Origin: Halioglobus sp.
GTDB taxonomy: Bacteria > Pseudomonadota > Gammaproteobacteria > Pseudomonadales > Halieaceae
Reading direction: 5' to 3'
Assembly (NCBI GenBank): GCA_020443345.1
Contig: JAGRIH010000021.1
Location: 45,018-109,017, forward strand
Length of the DNA stretch: 64,000 nt
Shown: piece by piece, positions 1 to 9,400 of the stretch
Position numbering within the stretch: position 1 is the first letter of the stretch
Layout: every line of letters begins with the position of its first letter
Translations under genes and position numbers: made by a program
The notes under the pieces: model-generated
Database searches by the model: none
What the model was told of the DNA's origin: nothing
Seen by the model: the letters and a program-made list of their open reading frames with translations, nothing else

Positions 1-380
1 ACGACCTCGTCGTCCACGTGTGCCCCGTCCATGATCGTCGCCCCCATGCCGACCAGGACGCGGTGGCCCACGGTACAGCCGTGCAGTGTCGCGTTATGAC
101 CTATGGTGACTTCGCTGCCAATGCACAGCGGCCAGCCGTCGGGATTGTAGGGGCCGGGGTGCGTAATGTGCAGCACGCAGCCATCCTGAACGCTGGTGCG
201 CGCGCCGATCGCGATGCGGTGCATGTCACCGCGAATGGACACCTGCGGCCAGACCGAGGCGTCATCGCCCAGTGTCACATCGCCCAGCACGACAGCGCTG
301 GGATCGATAAAGACGCGCGCCCCGCACACCGGGAACTTGCCGTTGAAGCTGCGAATACTGCAAGCGTGTTCGGGTTGCAT
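1..380 (-). CDS. gamma-class carbonic anhydrase / hexapeptide-repeat (left-handed beta-helix) family protein; 3' end lies outside the window
   Basis: Absent from the ORF track because it runs off the window edge. The reverse complement from ATG (380-378) reads MQPEHACSIRSFNGKFPVCGARVFIDPSAVVLGDVTLGDDASVWPQVSIRGDMHRIAIGARTSVQDGCVLHITH..., a YrdA/PaaY-like pattern. The listed + ORF 18..401 is its antisense shadow. Confidence 0.8.
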   Translation of the reverse strand, partial: MQPEHACSIRSFNGKFPVCGARVFIDPSAVVLGDVTLGDDASVWPQVSIRGDMHRIAIGARTSVQDGCVLHITHPGPYNPDGWPLCIGSEVTIGHNATLHGCTVGHRVLVGMGATIMDGAHVDDEV

Positions 381-478
381 GGTCGCTGTAAACCTCCGTG
401 AATGCGGCTCGACCTGCTACAATAGCCAGCCGGGGGTGGAATGGCTACTCCCGGCCGGCGGCCTGTCGGAGATAGTGT

Positions 479-748
479 ATGCAGGAAAGTGGGAAACGCC
501 GGCGCTTTATCGCGGGCGCTGTGTGCCCACGCTGCGGTGAGATGGACCGGATCGTGGTTGATCTGGACACCGACCGGCGCGAGTGCGTGGCCTGTTCCTT
601 CAGCGAGGCGCGCCCCGCGGCGGTCGACACGCGCCGCGTGGGCGCTGGCGTGGAGCTGCCCACCCGGGTCACGCGGGGCGCGGCGCGCCGGGTGGAAACG
701 CCGGCGCAGCCTGTCACCCTGATCGATGAGATCAAGCCGCGCGACTAA
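479..748 (+). CDS. YheV-family zinc-ribbon protein
   Basis: KRRRFIAGAVCPRCGEMD...RECVACSF: two CxxC pairs and the N-terminal RFIAGAxCPxC signature of E. coli YheV-like proteins. Confidence 0.7.
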   Translation: MQESGKRRRFIAGAVCPRCGEMDRIVVDLDTDRRECVACSFSEARPAAVDTRRVGAGVELPTRVTRGAARRVETPAQPVTLIDEIKPRD

Positions 749-1395
749 CCAGCCCGCCCGGCCCCCGATACCAGGCGCAGGCGGATTTGCGGCGGTGAAC
801 CCACCAGTTGGCAGCTGCAGATGACGGCGTCCGGGGCGGCAGCCGTGCCCGGCATATTGCGCACCATGTCCCATGCGTGCTCCCGGCAGAGCAGTTGCCG
901 CGTGGCGCTCTGTATCAGCGCTTCCAGTTTGCTGGCAAATTCATCGCCCAGCAGGTGGTGCACAATGATGTTGGCTTCGGTCATGTCCACCGGCAACAGG
1001 GGCTGATGCAGGTGGCGGATATGGTGGTCGTTGACCTCCTCCAGCAGGCGGTGGGCGAGAAAAGCCGCGTCCAGCACTGCCTCCAGCGGGCTGTCGTGCG
1101 CCGGTATCCGCGGTGGCTGCAGGAAATAGTCCCCGGCCATGTGCAGAAACGGGGCGGCGTAGTCGTGAAAGCCCAGGCGTTTGCTCACCGCGTTGACCAG
1201 GCTCAGGCAGCCCGGTACGCTCTCGATGTAGTCGGTGATGAACTGCATCAGCGCCGCCACCGGTGCGCGTTCAGGCAATACCAGCTTCTGGTGCAGGCGC
1301 GGCATCTGCTCCTCGAGCTGCAGGGCGAGCTGCCCCGTGGCGCGCTCGGTGCGCACCGCTGACGCTATGGTCTCCCGGATAGCCGGTGTGTGCAT
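745..1395 (-). CDS. hypothetical protein
   Basis: The 216-aa ORF has natural-looking composition. The overlapping + ORF 808..1362 is R/Q/H/V-rich, typical of a shadow frame. No family recognised. Confidence 0.55.
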   Translation of the reverse strand: MHTPAIRETIASAVRTERATGQLALQLEEQMPRLHQKLVLPERAPVAALMQFITDYIESVPGCLSLVNAVSKRLGFHDYAAPFLHMAGDYFLQPPRIPAHDSPLEAVLDAAFLAHRLLEEVNDHHIRHLHQPLLPVDMTEANIIVHHLLGDEFASKLEALIQSATRQLLCREHAWDMVRNMPGTAAAPDAVICSCQLVGSPPQIRLRLVSGAGRAG

Positions 1396-1752
1396 GATGG
1401 TGCTGCCGCCGCTGGTGAACGTCGCTACCCTTCAGGCTAGTACAATCCCGCCAGATTGCTAACGCCGACCGCGCAGCGTGCCACCGCTGCGCACAATCAG
1501 ATCAAGCGTGTAGGCTTTGGCGCTTAGTTTCGCTATACTCTCAGCGCTTTGCCGGTGCGACCGATTGTCGCACCGCTCGCAAATACAAGTCAGCTGGCAA
1601 GTTTAAGCAGGTGAGACGCCGCCGTCACCGTTCTCTATCCACTGGAGATACTGGCGCAGCGCGGTTGACATATACCCGGGTCAGGGGCTGCGATAAAAAT
1701 GAAAGCCGGTTGGTGGAATGCATTTTTTACTAACTATATGGAGACACGGGAA

Positions 1753-2898
1753 ATGTCTTTTCAAGCGAAGCGGCTGTGCAAGCTCACGCTCGGTCCTGTG
1801 CTGATGCTGACGAGCGCGCTGGTCCTGGCGGCTGGTGGTGAGACCAGTCAGGTGAATATGTCACCGGGCGTTACAGAGGTGGGCAAGAATATTTACGACT
1901 TGCATATGATCATCCTCGGCATCTGTACGGTAATCGGCCTGGGCGTATTCGGGGTGATGTTCTATTCCATCATCTATCACCGCAAATCGCGGGGAGTGGC
2001 ACCCGCCACATTCCACGAGAGCACTGCCGTGGAAATAGCCTGGACCGTAGTGCCCTTCCTCATCCTGATTCTCATGGCCGTTCCCGCCACCTCCACACTG
2101 CTGCAGATATACGACAACGACGATGCCGACCTGGATATCCTGGTGACGGGCTACCAGTGGAAATGGAAGTACGAATACATCAATGAGAATGGAGAAAATG
2201 TCTCTTTTTTCAGTAACTTAAAGACAGCGCAAGGGGAGATCCACAACCTCGAGGCAAAGGGCGAGCACTACCTGCTGGAAGTCGATGAACCGCTGGTCAT
2301 ACCCGTCGACAAGAAAGTGCGCTTCCTGGTTACCGCCAACGACGTCATTCACTCCTGGTGGGTGCCGGCACTGGCGGTCAAGAAAGACGCGATCCCGGGG
2401 TTCATCAACGAGACCTGGGCCCGTGTCGAGCAGACCGGTGTCTACCGCGGTCAGTGCGCTGAACTGTGTGGCACCAACCACGGCTTTATGCCGATTGTGG
2501 TCAACGTGGTGGACCAGAGCGAGTTTGACCAGTGGCTGGGGGAAAAAGAGAAAGACGCGGCGGCCGTCAAGAAGTTGATGGCGCAGAATTTTACCCTGGA
2601 TGAACTGATGGCGCGCGGCAAATCGGTCTATGCGCGCAACTGCCAGGCCTGTCACGGCGCCAACGGTGAAGGCGGCGTGGGCAAGGCGATCGCCGGCAGC
2701 CCCATTGCCACGGGTGATCTGGCGACCCACATGGACGTGGTGATTCACGGGGTGCCGGGCACCGCCATGCAGGCGTTTGGCGGTCAGTTGAACGATGTGG
2801 ACATGGCCGCGGTCCTGACTTACCAGCGCAGTGCCTTCGGCAACAACATGGGTGACAAGGTACAGCCCATAGATGTCTTCAACCACAAGAAAGGCTAA
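1753..2898 (+). CDS. coxB: cytochrome c oxidase subunit II with fused C-terminal cytochrome c domain
   Basis: ORF 1699..2898, with the start moved to ATG 1753 (GGAGA 8 nt upstream). CuA region HSWWVPALAVKKDAIPG...CAELCGTNHGFM; C-terminal CQACH heme motif. Confidence 0.95.
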   Translation: MSFQAKRLCKLTLGPVLMLTSALVLAAGGETSQVNMSPGVTEVGKNIYDLHMIILGICTVIGLGVFGVMFYSIIYHRKSRGVAPATFHESTAVEIAWTVVPFLILILMAVPATSTLLQIYDNDDADLDILVTGYQWKWKYEYINENGENVSFFSNLKTAQGEIHNLEAKGEHYLLEVDEPLVIPVDKKVRFLVTANDVIHSWWVPALAVKKDAIPGFINETWARVEQTGVYRGQCAELCGTNHGFMPIVVNVVDQSEFDQWLGEKEKDAAAVKKLMAQNFTLDELMARGKSVYARNCQACHGANGEGGVGKAIAGSPIATGDLATHMDVVIHGVPGTAMQAFGGQLNDVDMAAVLTYQRSAFGNNMGDKVQPIDVFNHKKG

Positions 2899-2913
2899 TT
2901 GGAGGAGTTAACG

Positions 2914-4476
2914 ATGGGCGATTATCATCACGGTCCTGCCAAGGGCCTCAGCCGCTGGCTGTTTACCACCAACCACAAAGATATCGGGACCATGTATCTG
3001 TGGTTTTCTTTTGCGATGTTCATTCTCGGCGGCTCGTTTGCCATGGTTATTCGCGCCGAGCTGTTCGAGCCCGGTATGCAGCTGGTCGACCCGGCATTTT
3101 TCAACCAGATGACGACACTGCACGGGCTGGTCATGGTGTTCGGGGCGATCATGCCGTCTTTCGTCGGTCTGGCCAACTGGCTGATTCCAATGATGATCGG
3201 CGCCCCGGATATGGCCCTGCCGCGCATGAACAACTGGAGTTTCTGGATTCTGCCGCCGACCTTCCTGGTACTGGCCTCGACACTGTTCATGGAGGGCGGA
3301 GCGCCCGCATTTGGCTGGACGTTTTATGCCCCGCTGTCCACGACCTACGCGCCGCCATCGGTCACGTTTTTCATTTTTTCCATCCACGTGCTCGGACTTT
3401 CATCCATCATGGGTTCAATCAATATCATCGCCACGGTGATGAATATGCGCGCCCCGGGCATGACCTACATGAAGATGCCGCTGTTTGTCTGGACCTGGCT
3501 GATCACCGCCTTCCTGCTGGTGGCGGTGATGCCGGTACTGGCGGGCGCCGTGACCATGATGCTGATGGACATTCACTTCGGCACCAGCTTCTTCTCGGCG
3601 GCCGGCGGCGGCGACCCGGTACTGTTCCAGCACGTGTTCTGGTTCTTCGGGCACCCCGAGGTTTATATCATCATTTTGCCGGCTTTTGGCGTCATTTCGC
3701 AGGTTATACCTGCATTTTCCCGTAAACCCCTGTTTGGCTACGCGTCGATGGTCTACGCCACGGCGTCTATCGCTTTTCTGTCGTTTATCGTCTGGGCACA
3801 CCATATGTTCACCGTGGGCATGCCGGTGGCGGGCGAGCTGTTCTTTATGTACGCGACCATGCTGATCGCCGTGCCGACGGGTGTGAAGGTCTTTAACTGG
3901 GTGACCACCATGTGGCGCGGCGCGCTGACCTTCGAGACGCCCATGCTGTTTGCCATCGGCTTCCTCATCCTCTTTACCATCGGCGGCTTTACCGGTCTGA
4001 TGCTGGCCATAGCACCGGCGGACTTCCAGTATCACGACAGCTATTTCGTCGTCGCTCACTTCCACTACGTGATGGTGGCGGGCGCGGTATTCAGCATGTC
4101 GGCCGGTATTTACTTCTGGCTGCCCAAGTGGTGCGGGCGGATGTACAACGAGGCCATGGGCAAGACGCATTTCTGGATTTCCTTTATCGGCTTCAACCTG
4201 GCGTTTTTTCCACAGCATTTTGTGGGACTGGCGGGCATGCCGCGCCGCATTCCGGATTACGCCCTACAGTTTGCGGACTTCAACATGATGTCCAGTATCG
4301 GTGCCTTCATCTACGGCGCGTCGCAGATCCTGTTTCTGTATAACGTGATCGCGACCATCGTTGCGGGCAAGCCGGTGTCGGACGAGAAAGTCTGGGACGG
4401 CGCCGAGGGGCTGGAGTGGACCCTGCCCACACCGGCGCCCTATCACACCTTTGAAACCCCGCCGCTGGTGAAGTGA
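2914..4476 (+). CDS. ctaD: cytochrome c oxidase subunit I
   Basis: WLFTTNHKDIGTMYL, WFFGHPEVYIIILP and 12-TM-type hydrophobic pattern. ATG 2914 is preceded by GGAGGA. Confidence 0.97.
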   Translation: MGDYHHGPAKGLSRWLFTTNHKDIGTMYLWFSFAMFILGGSFAMVIRAELFEPGMQLVDPAFFNQMTTLHGLVMVFGAIMPSFVGLANWLIPMMIGAPDMALPRMNNWSFWILPPTFLVLASTLFMEGGAPAFGWTFYAPLSTTYAPPSVTFFIFSIHVLGLSSIMGSINIIATVMNMRAPGMTYMKMPLFVWTWLITAFLLVAVMPVLAGAVTMMLMDIHFGTSFFSAAGGGDPVLFQHVFWFFGHPEVYIIILPAFGVISQVIPAFSRKPLFGYASMVYATASIAFLSFIVWAHHMFTVGMPVAGELFFMYATMLIAVPTGVKVFNWVTTMWRGALTFETPMLFAIGFLILFTIGGFTGLMLAIAPADFQYHDSYFVVAHFHYVMVAGAVFSMSAGIYFWLPKWCGRMYNEAMGKTHFWISFIGFNLAFFPQHFVGLAGMPRRIPDYALQFADFNMMSSIGAFIYGASQILFLYNVIATIVAGKPVSDEKVWDGAEGLEWTLPTPAPYHTFETPPLVK

Positions 4477-4486
4477 GGCGCCGGCG

Positions 4487-5047
4487 GTGATACAGTTCAG
4501 CGACAACGCCACCGTGGATATCGTCGCCAAGCTGGTGGCGGTCACGGTGGCGATGTTTGCCTTTGTGTTCGTGGTGATGGTGCCGCTGTACGACGTGCTG
4601 TGCGACGCCCTGGGCATCAACGGCAAGACCAGCGGACAGGCTTACACCGCGGTGGCGGCCACCGTGGATGAAACCCGCTCGGTGACCGTGCAGTTCCTGG
4701 CGACCAACAACCAGGGTATGCCCTGGGAGTTCGGTCCCGGCACCACCGCCATGAAAGTGCACCCCGGTGCGGTGAACGATACCGTGTTCCACGCGCGCAA
4801 CCCGCTGCCGCAGCCCATGGTGGCACAGGCGATTCCCAGCATCTCGCCGGCGCGCGCGGCGGAGTATTTCCACAAGACAGAGTGTTTCTGTTTTAACCAG
4901 CAGCCGCTGGACGGCGAGAGTGCGGCGCAGATGCCGCTGCAGTTTATCGTGGACCGGGACCTGCCCCGGGATATCCATACCATCACGCTGTCCTACACCA
5001 TTTTTGACGTAACGGATATGGCGGGTGGCGCGGTCGCCACACGCTGA
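4487..5047 (+). CDS. ctaG: cytochrome c oxidase assembly protein CtaG/Cox11
   Basis: N-terminal TM helix and the FHKTECFCFNQQ copper-binding CFCF motif. Located between subunits I and III. Confidence 0.9.
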   Translation: MIQFSDNATVDIVAKLVAVTVAMFAFVFVVMVPLYDVLCDALGINGKTSGQAYTAVAATVDETRSVTVQFLATNNQGMPWEFGPGTTAMKVHPGAVNDTVFHARNPLPQPMVAQAIPSISPARAAEYFHKTECFCFNQQPLDGESAAQMPLQFIVDRDLPRDIHTITLSYTIFDVTDMAGGAVATR

Positions 5048-5090
5048 TGCGCAGGTCGGGGAACCGGCGCTTACATAACGGAGAGAAAAA

Positions 5091-6065
5091 ATGACAAGTC
5101 AGACGTCTACCGCGTACGAAAAATACCACGTACCGCCCAAGAGCAGGCTGGCCATCTGCGCCACGACCGGCCTGATGCTGAGTGTTTACGGCGCCGCCAG
5201 CATCATGAACGACATGACCTTTGGCGACCCGGGGGTATCCACCAACTCCTGGTCTATCTTTTTGTGCGGGCTGTTTTTCTTTCTCGCCACGCTCTTCGCC
5301 TGGTTTCGTACCGCGATCCGGGAGAACCTGGCGGGGCTGAACAGCGCGCAACTGAAGCACTCCTACGTGCTGGGTATGTTCTGGTTTATTTTTTCCGAAG
5401 TGATGTTTTTTCTGGCGTTTTTCGGCGCCCTGTTTTATGTGCGCAACCTGGTGGGGCCGTGGCTTGCCGGCGAGGGCGAAGGGGGTCGCATGAACGGCCT
5501 GCTGTGGCAGGGTTTCGAGTTCAGCTGGCCGATGATGCAAACGCCGCAGGAGGCGGTGGGCGGCGCCGCGGCGCAGCCGCTGGCCAACAACGGCACGTTT
5601 GCCGGCCCGCAGACCAGCCTGTCTTTTGCTCAGGCCCACGCCTGGTGGGCCTGGTTGCCGCTGTGGAACACCGTCGTGCTGCTGTCGTCCAGCTTTACCT
5701 GCCACCTTGCGCACATGGGCATTCTCGATGGCGACCGCAGGAAGTTTAACCTGTGGTTGGCGGTAACTGTGCTCCTGGGTATGCTCTTCCTCTGCCTGCA
5801 GGCATTTGAGTATCACGAGGCCTATACCCACTTCGGCCTGACCCTCAATTCGGGTATCTACGGCTCAACCTTCTTTATGTTGACCGGCTTCCACGGCTTT
5901 CACGTGTTTATGGGCATGACCATGCTGTTGATCCAGCTGTTGCGCTCGGTGCTGGGCGGCCAGTTTACGGCCAGCGATCACTTTGGTTTCGAGGCGTCGA
6001 GCTGGTACTGGCATTTTGTGGACGTGGTGTGGGTCTTCCTGTTCCTGTTCGTGTATATCCTCTGA
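5091..6065 (+). CDS. coxC: cytochrome c oxidase subunit III
   Basis: GSTFFMLTGFHGFHVFMG and WYWHFVDVVWVFLFLFVYI motifs. Confidence 0.93.
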   Translation: MTSQTSTAYEKYHVPPKSRLAICATTGLMLSVYGAASIMNDMTFGDPGVSTNSWSIFLCGLFFFLATLFAWFRTAIRENLAGLNSAQLKHSYVLGMFWFIFSEVMFFLAFFGALFYVRNLVGPWLAGEGEGGRMNGLLWQGFEFSWPMMQTPQEAVGGAAAQPLANNGTFAGPQTSLSFAQAHAWWAWLPLWNTVVLLSSSFTCHLAHMGILDGDRRKFNLWLAVTVLLGMLFLCLQAFEYHEAYTHFGLTLNSGIYGSTFFMLTGFHGFHVFMGMTMLLIQLLRSVLGGQFTASDHFGFEASSWYWHFVDVVWVFLFLFVYIL

Positions 6066-6071
6066 GGGCCG

Positions 6072-6326
6072 CTACTGCCGGGTCGCCTCCCGGGACGCTG
6101 CCGGCGCCGGCCCAGCGTCCCAGGGATTGCGGTGGCCCAGCCGCCCGGTGGCGACGCCGTAGACGATCAGTCCTACCAGTGTTGCAGCGAGGCTGAGCCT
6201 GACTCCCAGGGAATGAAACGTGCGGCGCTTGGTTCTGTCTCCCTGGTCGATCATCAGAAAGTAAAACCCGCTCCCGAGGCTGGCCACCAGGGCCAGCATC
6301 AGTAGTACAATCGCAGCTTTTAACAA
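6072..6326 (-). CDS. small twin-TM membrane protein (DUF2909-like), cox-cluster associated
   Basis: 84 aa with two hydrophobic helices. The position between coxC and SURF1 on the opposite strand is typical of such clusters. Confidence 0.6.
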   Translation of the reverse strand: MLKAAIVLLMLALVASLGSGFYFLMIDQGDRTKRRTFHSLGVRLSLAATLVGLIVYGVATGRLGHRNPWDAGPAPAASREATRQ

Positions 6327-6396
6327 TGGCGCACTCCCCGGACAGTTCAGTGCAGTATAAACCAGCCGCGGTGCCTTTGCCGGGGAGTCGGCAGCG

Positions 6397-7161
6397 GTGA
6401 CGCGCCGGGATGTACACCTGCAGTTCTATCCGGAGTGGCGCATGACAGTGTTTGCCGCCTGCATGACCGCGCTGATGGTTGCGCTGGGTTTCTGGCAGCT
6501 GTACCGGGCCCAGGAGAAAACCGCGATTCAGGCAGCTTTTGCCCGGCGGCAGGCGCAGCCGCCGGTAGCGCTGGACGAACTGTGGCAGCGCCCCCCCGCA
6601 GACCTCGCCTACCTCCCGGTTCACCTGCGCGGCGGGTTTCTCAAGGAGCAGTATTTCCTGCTGGACAACCGGATTCAGGGCGGCCGTTTCGGCTATGAAG
6701 TGCTGGGCATTCTGAGGCTCGACGATGGGCGGGGGCTGGTGCTGGTGAACCGCGGCTGGACCGCGGGCGACCCGGCCCGGCGCGAACTGCCGACTGTTCC
6801 CGCTGTGGCCGGGGACGTCGCCGTAACGGGCTATGTGTATGTCGCCCCGGGAGCGCCCTACCTGCTGGCGGAGCAGCAGCTCGCGCCGGGTTGGCCAAAA
6901 CTGCTGCAGGCGGTGGAGATGGACAAGCTGTCCCCGGTGCTGGCGGCGCTGGATGGCGGCGCGGTCTTCCCCTACCCTGTCCGTCTGGACGCCGATGCAG
7001 CCGGCGCCCTGTCGGTGGACTGGCCGCTGGTCAATATCACTCCAGACAAGCACCGGGCCTACGCCGCCCAGTGGTTTACGATGGCGGCAGTGCTCGCCCT
7101 GTTTTATCTGCTGCGCTACAGCAACATCGGGCAGCTACTGCGTCGCCACGCGAGGGACTAG
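6397..7161 (+). CDS. SURF1-family cytochrome oxidase biogenesis protein
   Basis: FWQLYRAQEK...LVLVNRGW...C-terminal TM helix. Cox-cluster context. Confidence 0.85.
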   Translation: MTRRDVHLQFYPEWRMTVFAACMTALMVALGFWQLYRAQEKTAIQAAFARRQAQPPVALDELWQRPPADLAYLPVHLRGGFLKEQYFLLDNRIQGGRFGYEVLGILRLDDGRGLVLVNRGWTAGDPARRELPTVPAVAGDVAVTGYVYVAPGAPYLLAEQQLAPGWPKLLQAVEMDKLSPVLAALDGGAVFPYPVRLDADAAGALSVDWPLVNITPDKHRAYAAQWFTMAAVLALFYLLRYSNIGQLLRRHARD

Positions 7162-7164
7162 AGG

Positions 7165-7824
7165 ATGGACGCTACAGAGCAGCGCCGCCGCAACCGCATG
7201 GTTTTGCTGATGATTGCCGGCATACCGCTGATGGTTGTCCTCGCGTCGACCTGGCTGTGGTACTTTGTGGTGCGTGGCGACCTGGATCTGGTGGGCGTGC
7301 TGGGCACCGCCAACAAGGGAAATCTGGTGCAGCCTCCGCGCCGGCTCGATACGGTAGCTCTGAGGCGCGAGGGCGGCGCGCCGTTGCATGTTGCCGCGGC
7401 CGAGCCTCAGTGGACGATGCTGGTGCCGCTGTCCGGGGGACGCTGCGGCAGCGCCTGTGAACACAGCCTCTACCTGACGCGGCAGATCCACGTGGCCATG
7501 GGCAAGGAGTTCAATCGCCTGCGGCGCTACTACGTGGGCGATGTGCCGGTGGCTGACAGTGTGCTGACGGTGCAGACCCTCAGTGACGGCGGCGCGGCCC
7601 CGGCATCCCTCGCCGACTTGCTGGCGACGGAGCATCGTCGCCTGACGCCGTTGACCATCGATCCGGAGGATTTTCGGGTGTTGTTTGCCGAGTACATTGC
7701 CGCACCGGACACCTGGTACCTGGTCGATCCGGCCGGCTGGATAATGATGTCGTACACCGACGACACGTCTTACCGGGACGTTATGGCTGATTTAAAATTC
7801 CTTCTCAAGAATTCCAGCGAGTGA
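7165..7824 (+). CDS. membrane-anchored cox-cluster protein with CxxxC motif (possibly thioredoxin/SCO-like)
   Basis: One N-terminal TM helix ([25 protein letters not shown]) and CGSAC at about residue 100. Sits between SURF1 and ctaB. Confidence 0.55.
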   Translation: MDATEQRRRNRMVLLMIAGIPLMVVLASTWLWYFVVRGDLDLVGVLGTANKGNLVQPPRRLDTVALRREGGAPLHVAAAEPQWTMLVPLSGGRCGSACEHSLYLTRQIHVAMGKEFNRLRRYYVGDVPVADSVLTVQTLSDGGAAPASLADLLATEHRRLTPLTIDPEDFRVLFAEYIAAPDTWYLVDPAGWIMMSYTDDTSYRDVMADLKFLLKNSSE

Positions 7825-8729
7825 GCGACATGGCAGTAACCCAAGTAACCGAGCGGGCCACCTGGCGCGACTACAAGGAACTGACCAAACCCAACGTGGT
7901 GCTCCTGATGATCCTGACATCGGTCATCGGCATGTTTATGGCGGTACCGGGCATGGTGCCGCTGGATGTGCTGGTGCTGGGCAATCTCGGCATAGCTCTG
8001 TGTGCCGGTGCCGCCGCGGCCGTCAACCATGTGGTGGACCAGCGCATCGACCAGCACATGTCGCGCACCGCCAAGCGACCCATCGCCCAGGGGCGTCTCA
8101 GCACGGCACAGGCGGGGACCTTTGCACTGGCCATCGGTCTGCTGGGCATGGCCATTTTGCTGGTCTGGGTCAATGCGCTCACCGCCTGGCTCACCCTCGC
8201 CTCCCTGGTGGGCTACGCCTTTATCTACACATTGTTTTTGAAGCGGGCCACGCCGCAGAACATCGTGATCGGGGGTCTGGCGGGTGCCGCCCCTCCCCTG
8301 CTGGGCTGGACCGCGGTGACCGGTGAAATTCACGGTCACGCACTGCTGCTGGTACTGATCATTTTCGCCTGGACCCCGCCGCATTTCTGGGCGCTGGCGA
8401 TTCACCGCAAGGACGAGTACGCCGCGGTGGATATTCCCATGCTGCCAGTGACCCACGGTGTGGCGTTTACCAAGTTGCATATCCTGTTGTATACGGTGAT
8501 CATGTTCCTGATCACCTTGCTGCCCTACGCCACGCGCATGAGCGGGCCGCTGTACCTGCTGGGGGCCGTGGTGCTGGGCGGCGGCTTCCTCTACTGGGCG
8601 GCGGTGTTGATCTGGGGCAACAACCCCAACGCCCCCATGGAGACCTTCCGCTACTCCATCGTCTACCTGATGGCCCTCTTTGTGGTGATGCTGGTCGATC
8701 ACTATCTGTTTCCGGTGAATACGCTATGA
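7821..8729 (+). CDS. cyoE: protoheme IX farnesyltransferase (heme O synthase)
   Basis: UbiA-type prenyltransferase pattern: [19 protein letters not shown]...[12 protein letters not shown]. Confidence 0.93.
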   Translation: MSDMAVTQVTERATWRDYKELTKPNVVLLMILTSVIGMFMAVPGMVPLDVLVLGNLGIALCAGAAAAVNHVVDQRIDQHMSRTAKRPIAQGRLSTAQAGTFALAIGLLGMAILLVWVNALTAWLTLASLVGYAFIYTLFLKRATPQNIVIGGLAGAAPPLLGWTAVTGEIHGHALLLVLIIFAWTPPHFWALAIHRKDEYAAVDIPMLPVTHGVAFTKLHILLYTVIMFLITLLPYATRMSGPLYLLGAVVLGGGFLYWAAVLIWGNNPNAPMETFRYSIVYLMALFVVMLVDHYLFPVNTL

Positions 8730-9400
8730 CTGTCCACGATTCCTCCCCGGACAATGCCAGGCAGTCACGCGGGGTGCGGGTGACCCTGGTCGCCATTGTG
8801 GTTTTTATGCTGCTCGTGGTGGCCGGATTTGTCTACCGCATGCAGCAACCGCGCTCACTGAGCTCCGCCGAAATGAAGGCAAACGGGCTTTATCTTCTGG
8901 AAACACCGCGAAAAATCGGTGATTTTTCACTGGTTGATCATCGCGGCCAGACCTTTGGTCCGCAGCAGTTGCCGGGCCAGTGGACCCTGGTTTTTTTTGG
9001 TTTTACCCACTGTCCGGATATCTGCCCCACCACCATGGCGTTGCTCAATGAATTTGTGTCCGGCCTGCAGGACGCGGAGGCGGCCGATACCAAAGTGGTG
9101 ATGGTGTCGGTGGATCCCGAGCGCGATACGGTGGCGCGGCTGGCCGAGTACGTACCCTACTTCAACCCGGACTTTACCGGCGTGACCGGCGGTTTTCTCG
9201 ACGTTCAGCGCTTTGCCACGGCGCTCAACGCGCCCTTTCGCAAGGCGCCCGGCCAGGGCGAGGACTACCAGGTCGACCACAGCGCGAGCGTGGTACTGAT
9301 CAATCCCCGGGGGGACTACCACGGTTTTTTCCGGGCGCCGCTGGATCAAGCCCGGATGCAGCTCACCTATCGCTCCGCGCGCACGCAGTGGGAACGCTAG
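8726..9400 (+). CDS. SCO-family copper chaperone (SenC/PrrC)
   Basis: N-terminal TM helix, [13 protein letters not shown] CxxxC motif and a conserved downstream H ([10 protein letters not shown]). Confidence 0.9.
   Translation: MTVHDSSPDNARQSRGVRVTLVAIVVFMLLVVAGFVYRMQQPRSLSSAEMKANGLYLLETPRKIGDFSLVDHRGQTFGPQQLPGQWTLVFFGFTHCPDICPTTMALLNEFVSGLQDAEAADTKVVMVSVDPERDTVARLAEYVPYFNPDFTGVTGGFLDVQRFATALNAPFRKAPGQGEDYQVDHSASVVLINPRGDYHGFFRAPLDQARMQLTYRSARTQWER

Noticed and set aside
18-401. 127-aa + ORF at the window start
   Set aside because: The opposite strand encodes a clear hexapeptide-repeat/gamma-carbonic-anhydrase protein that the track misses because it runs off the window.
5965-7053. 362-aa minus-strand ORF
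   Set aside because: It overlaps coxC, the DUF2909-like gene and SURF1. No motifs, and shadow-frame composition.
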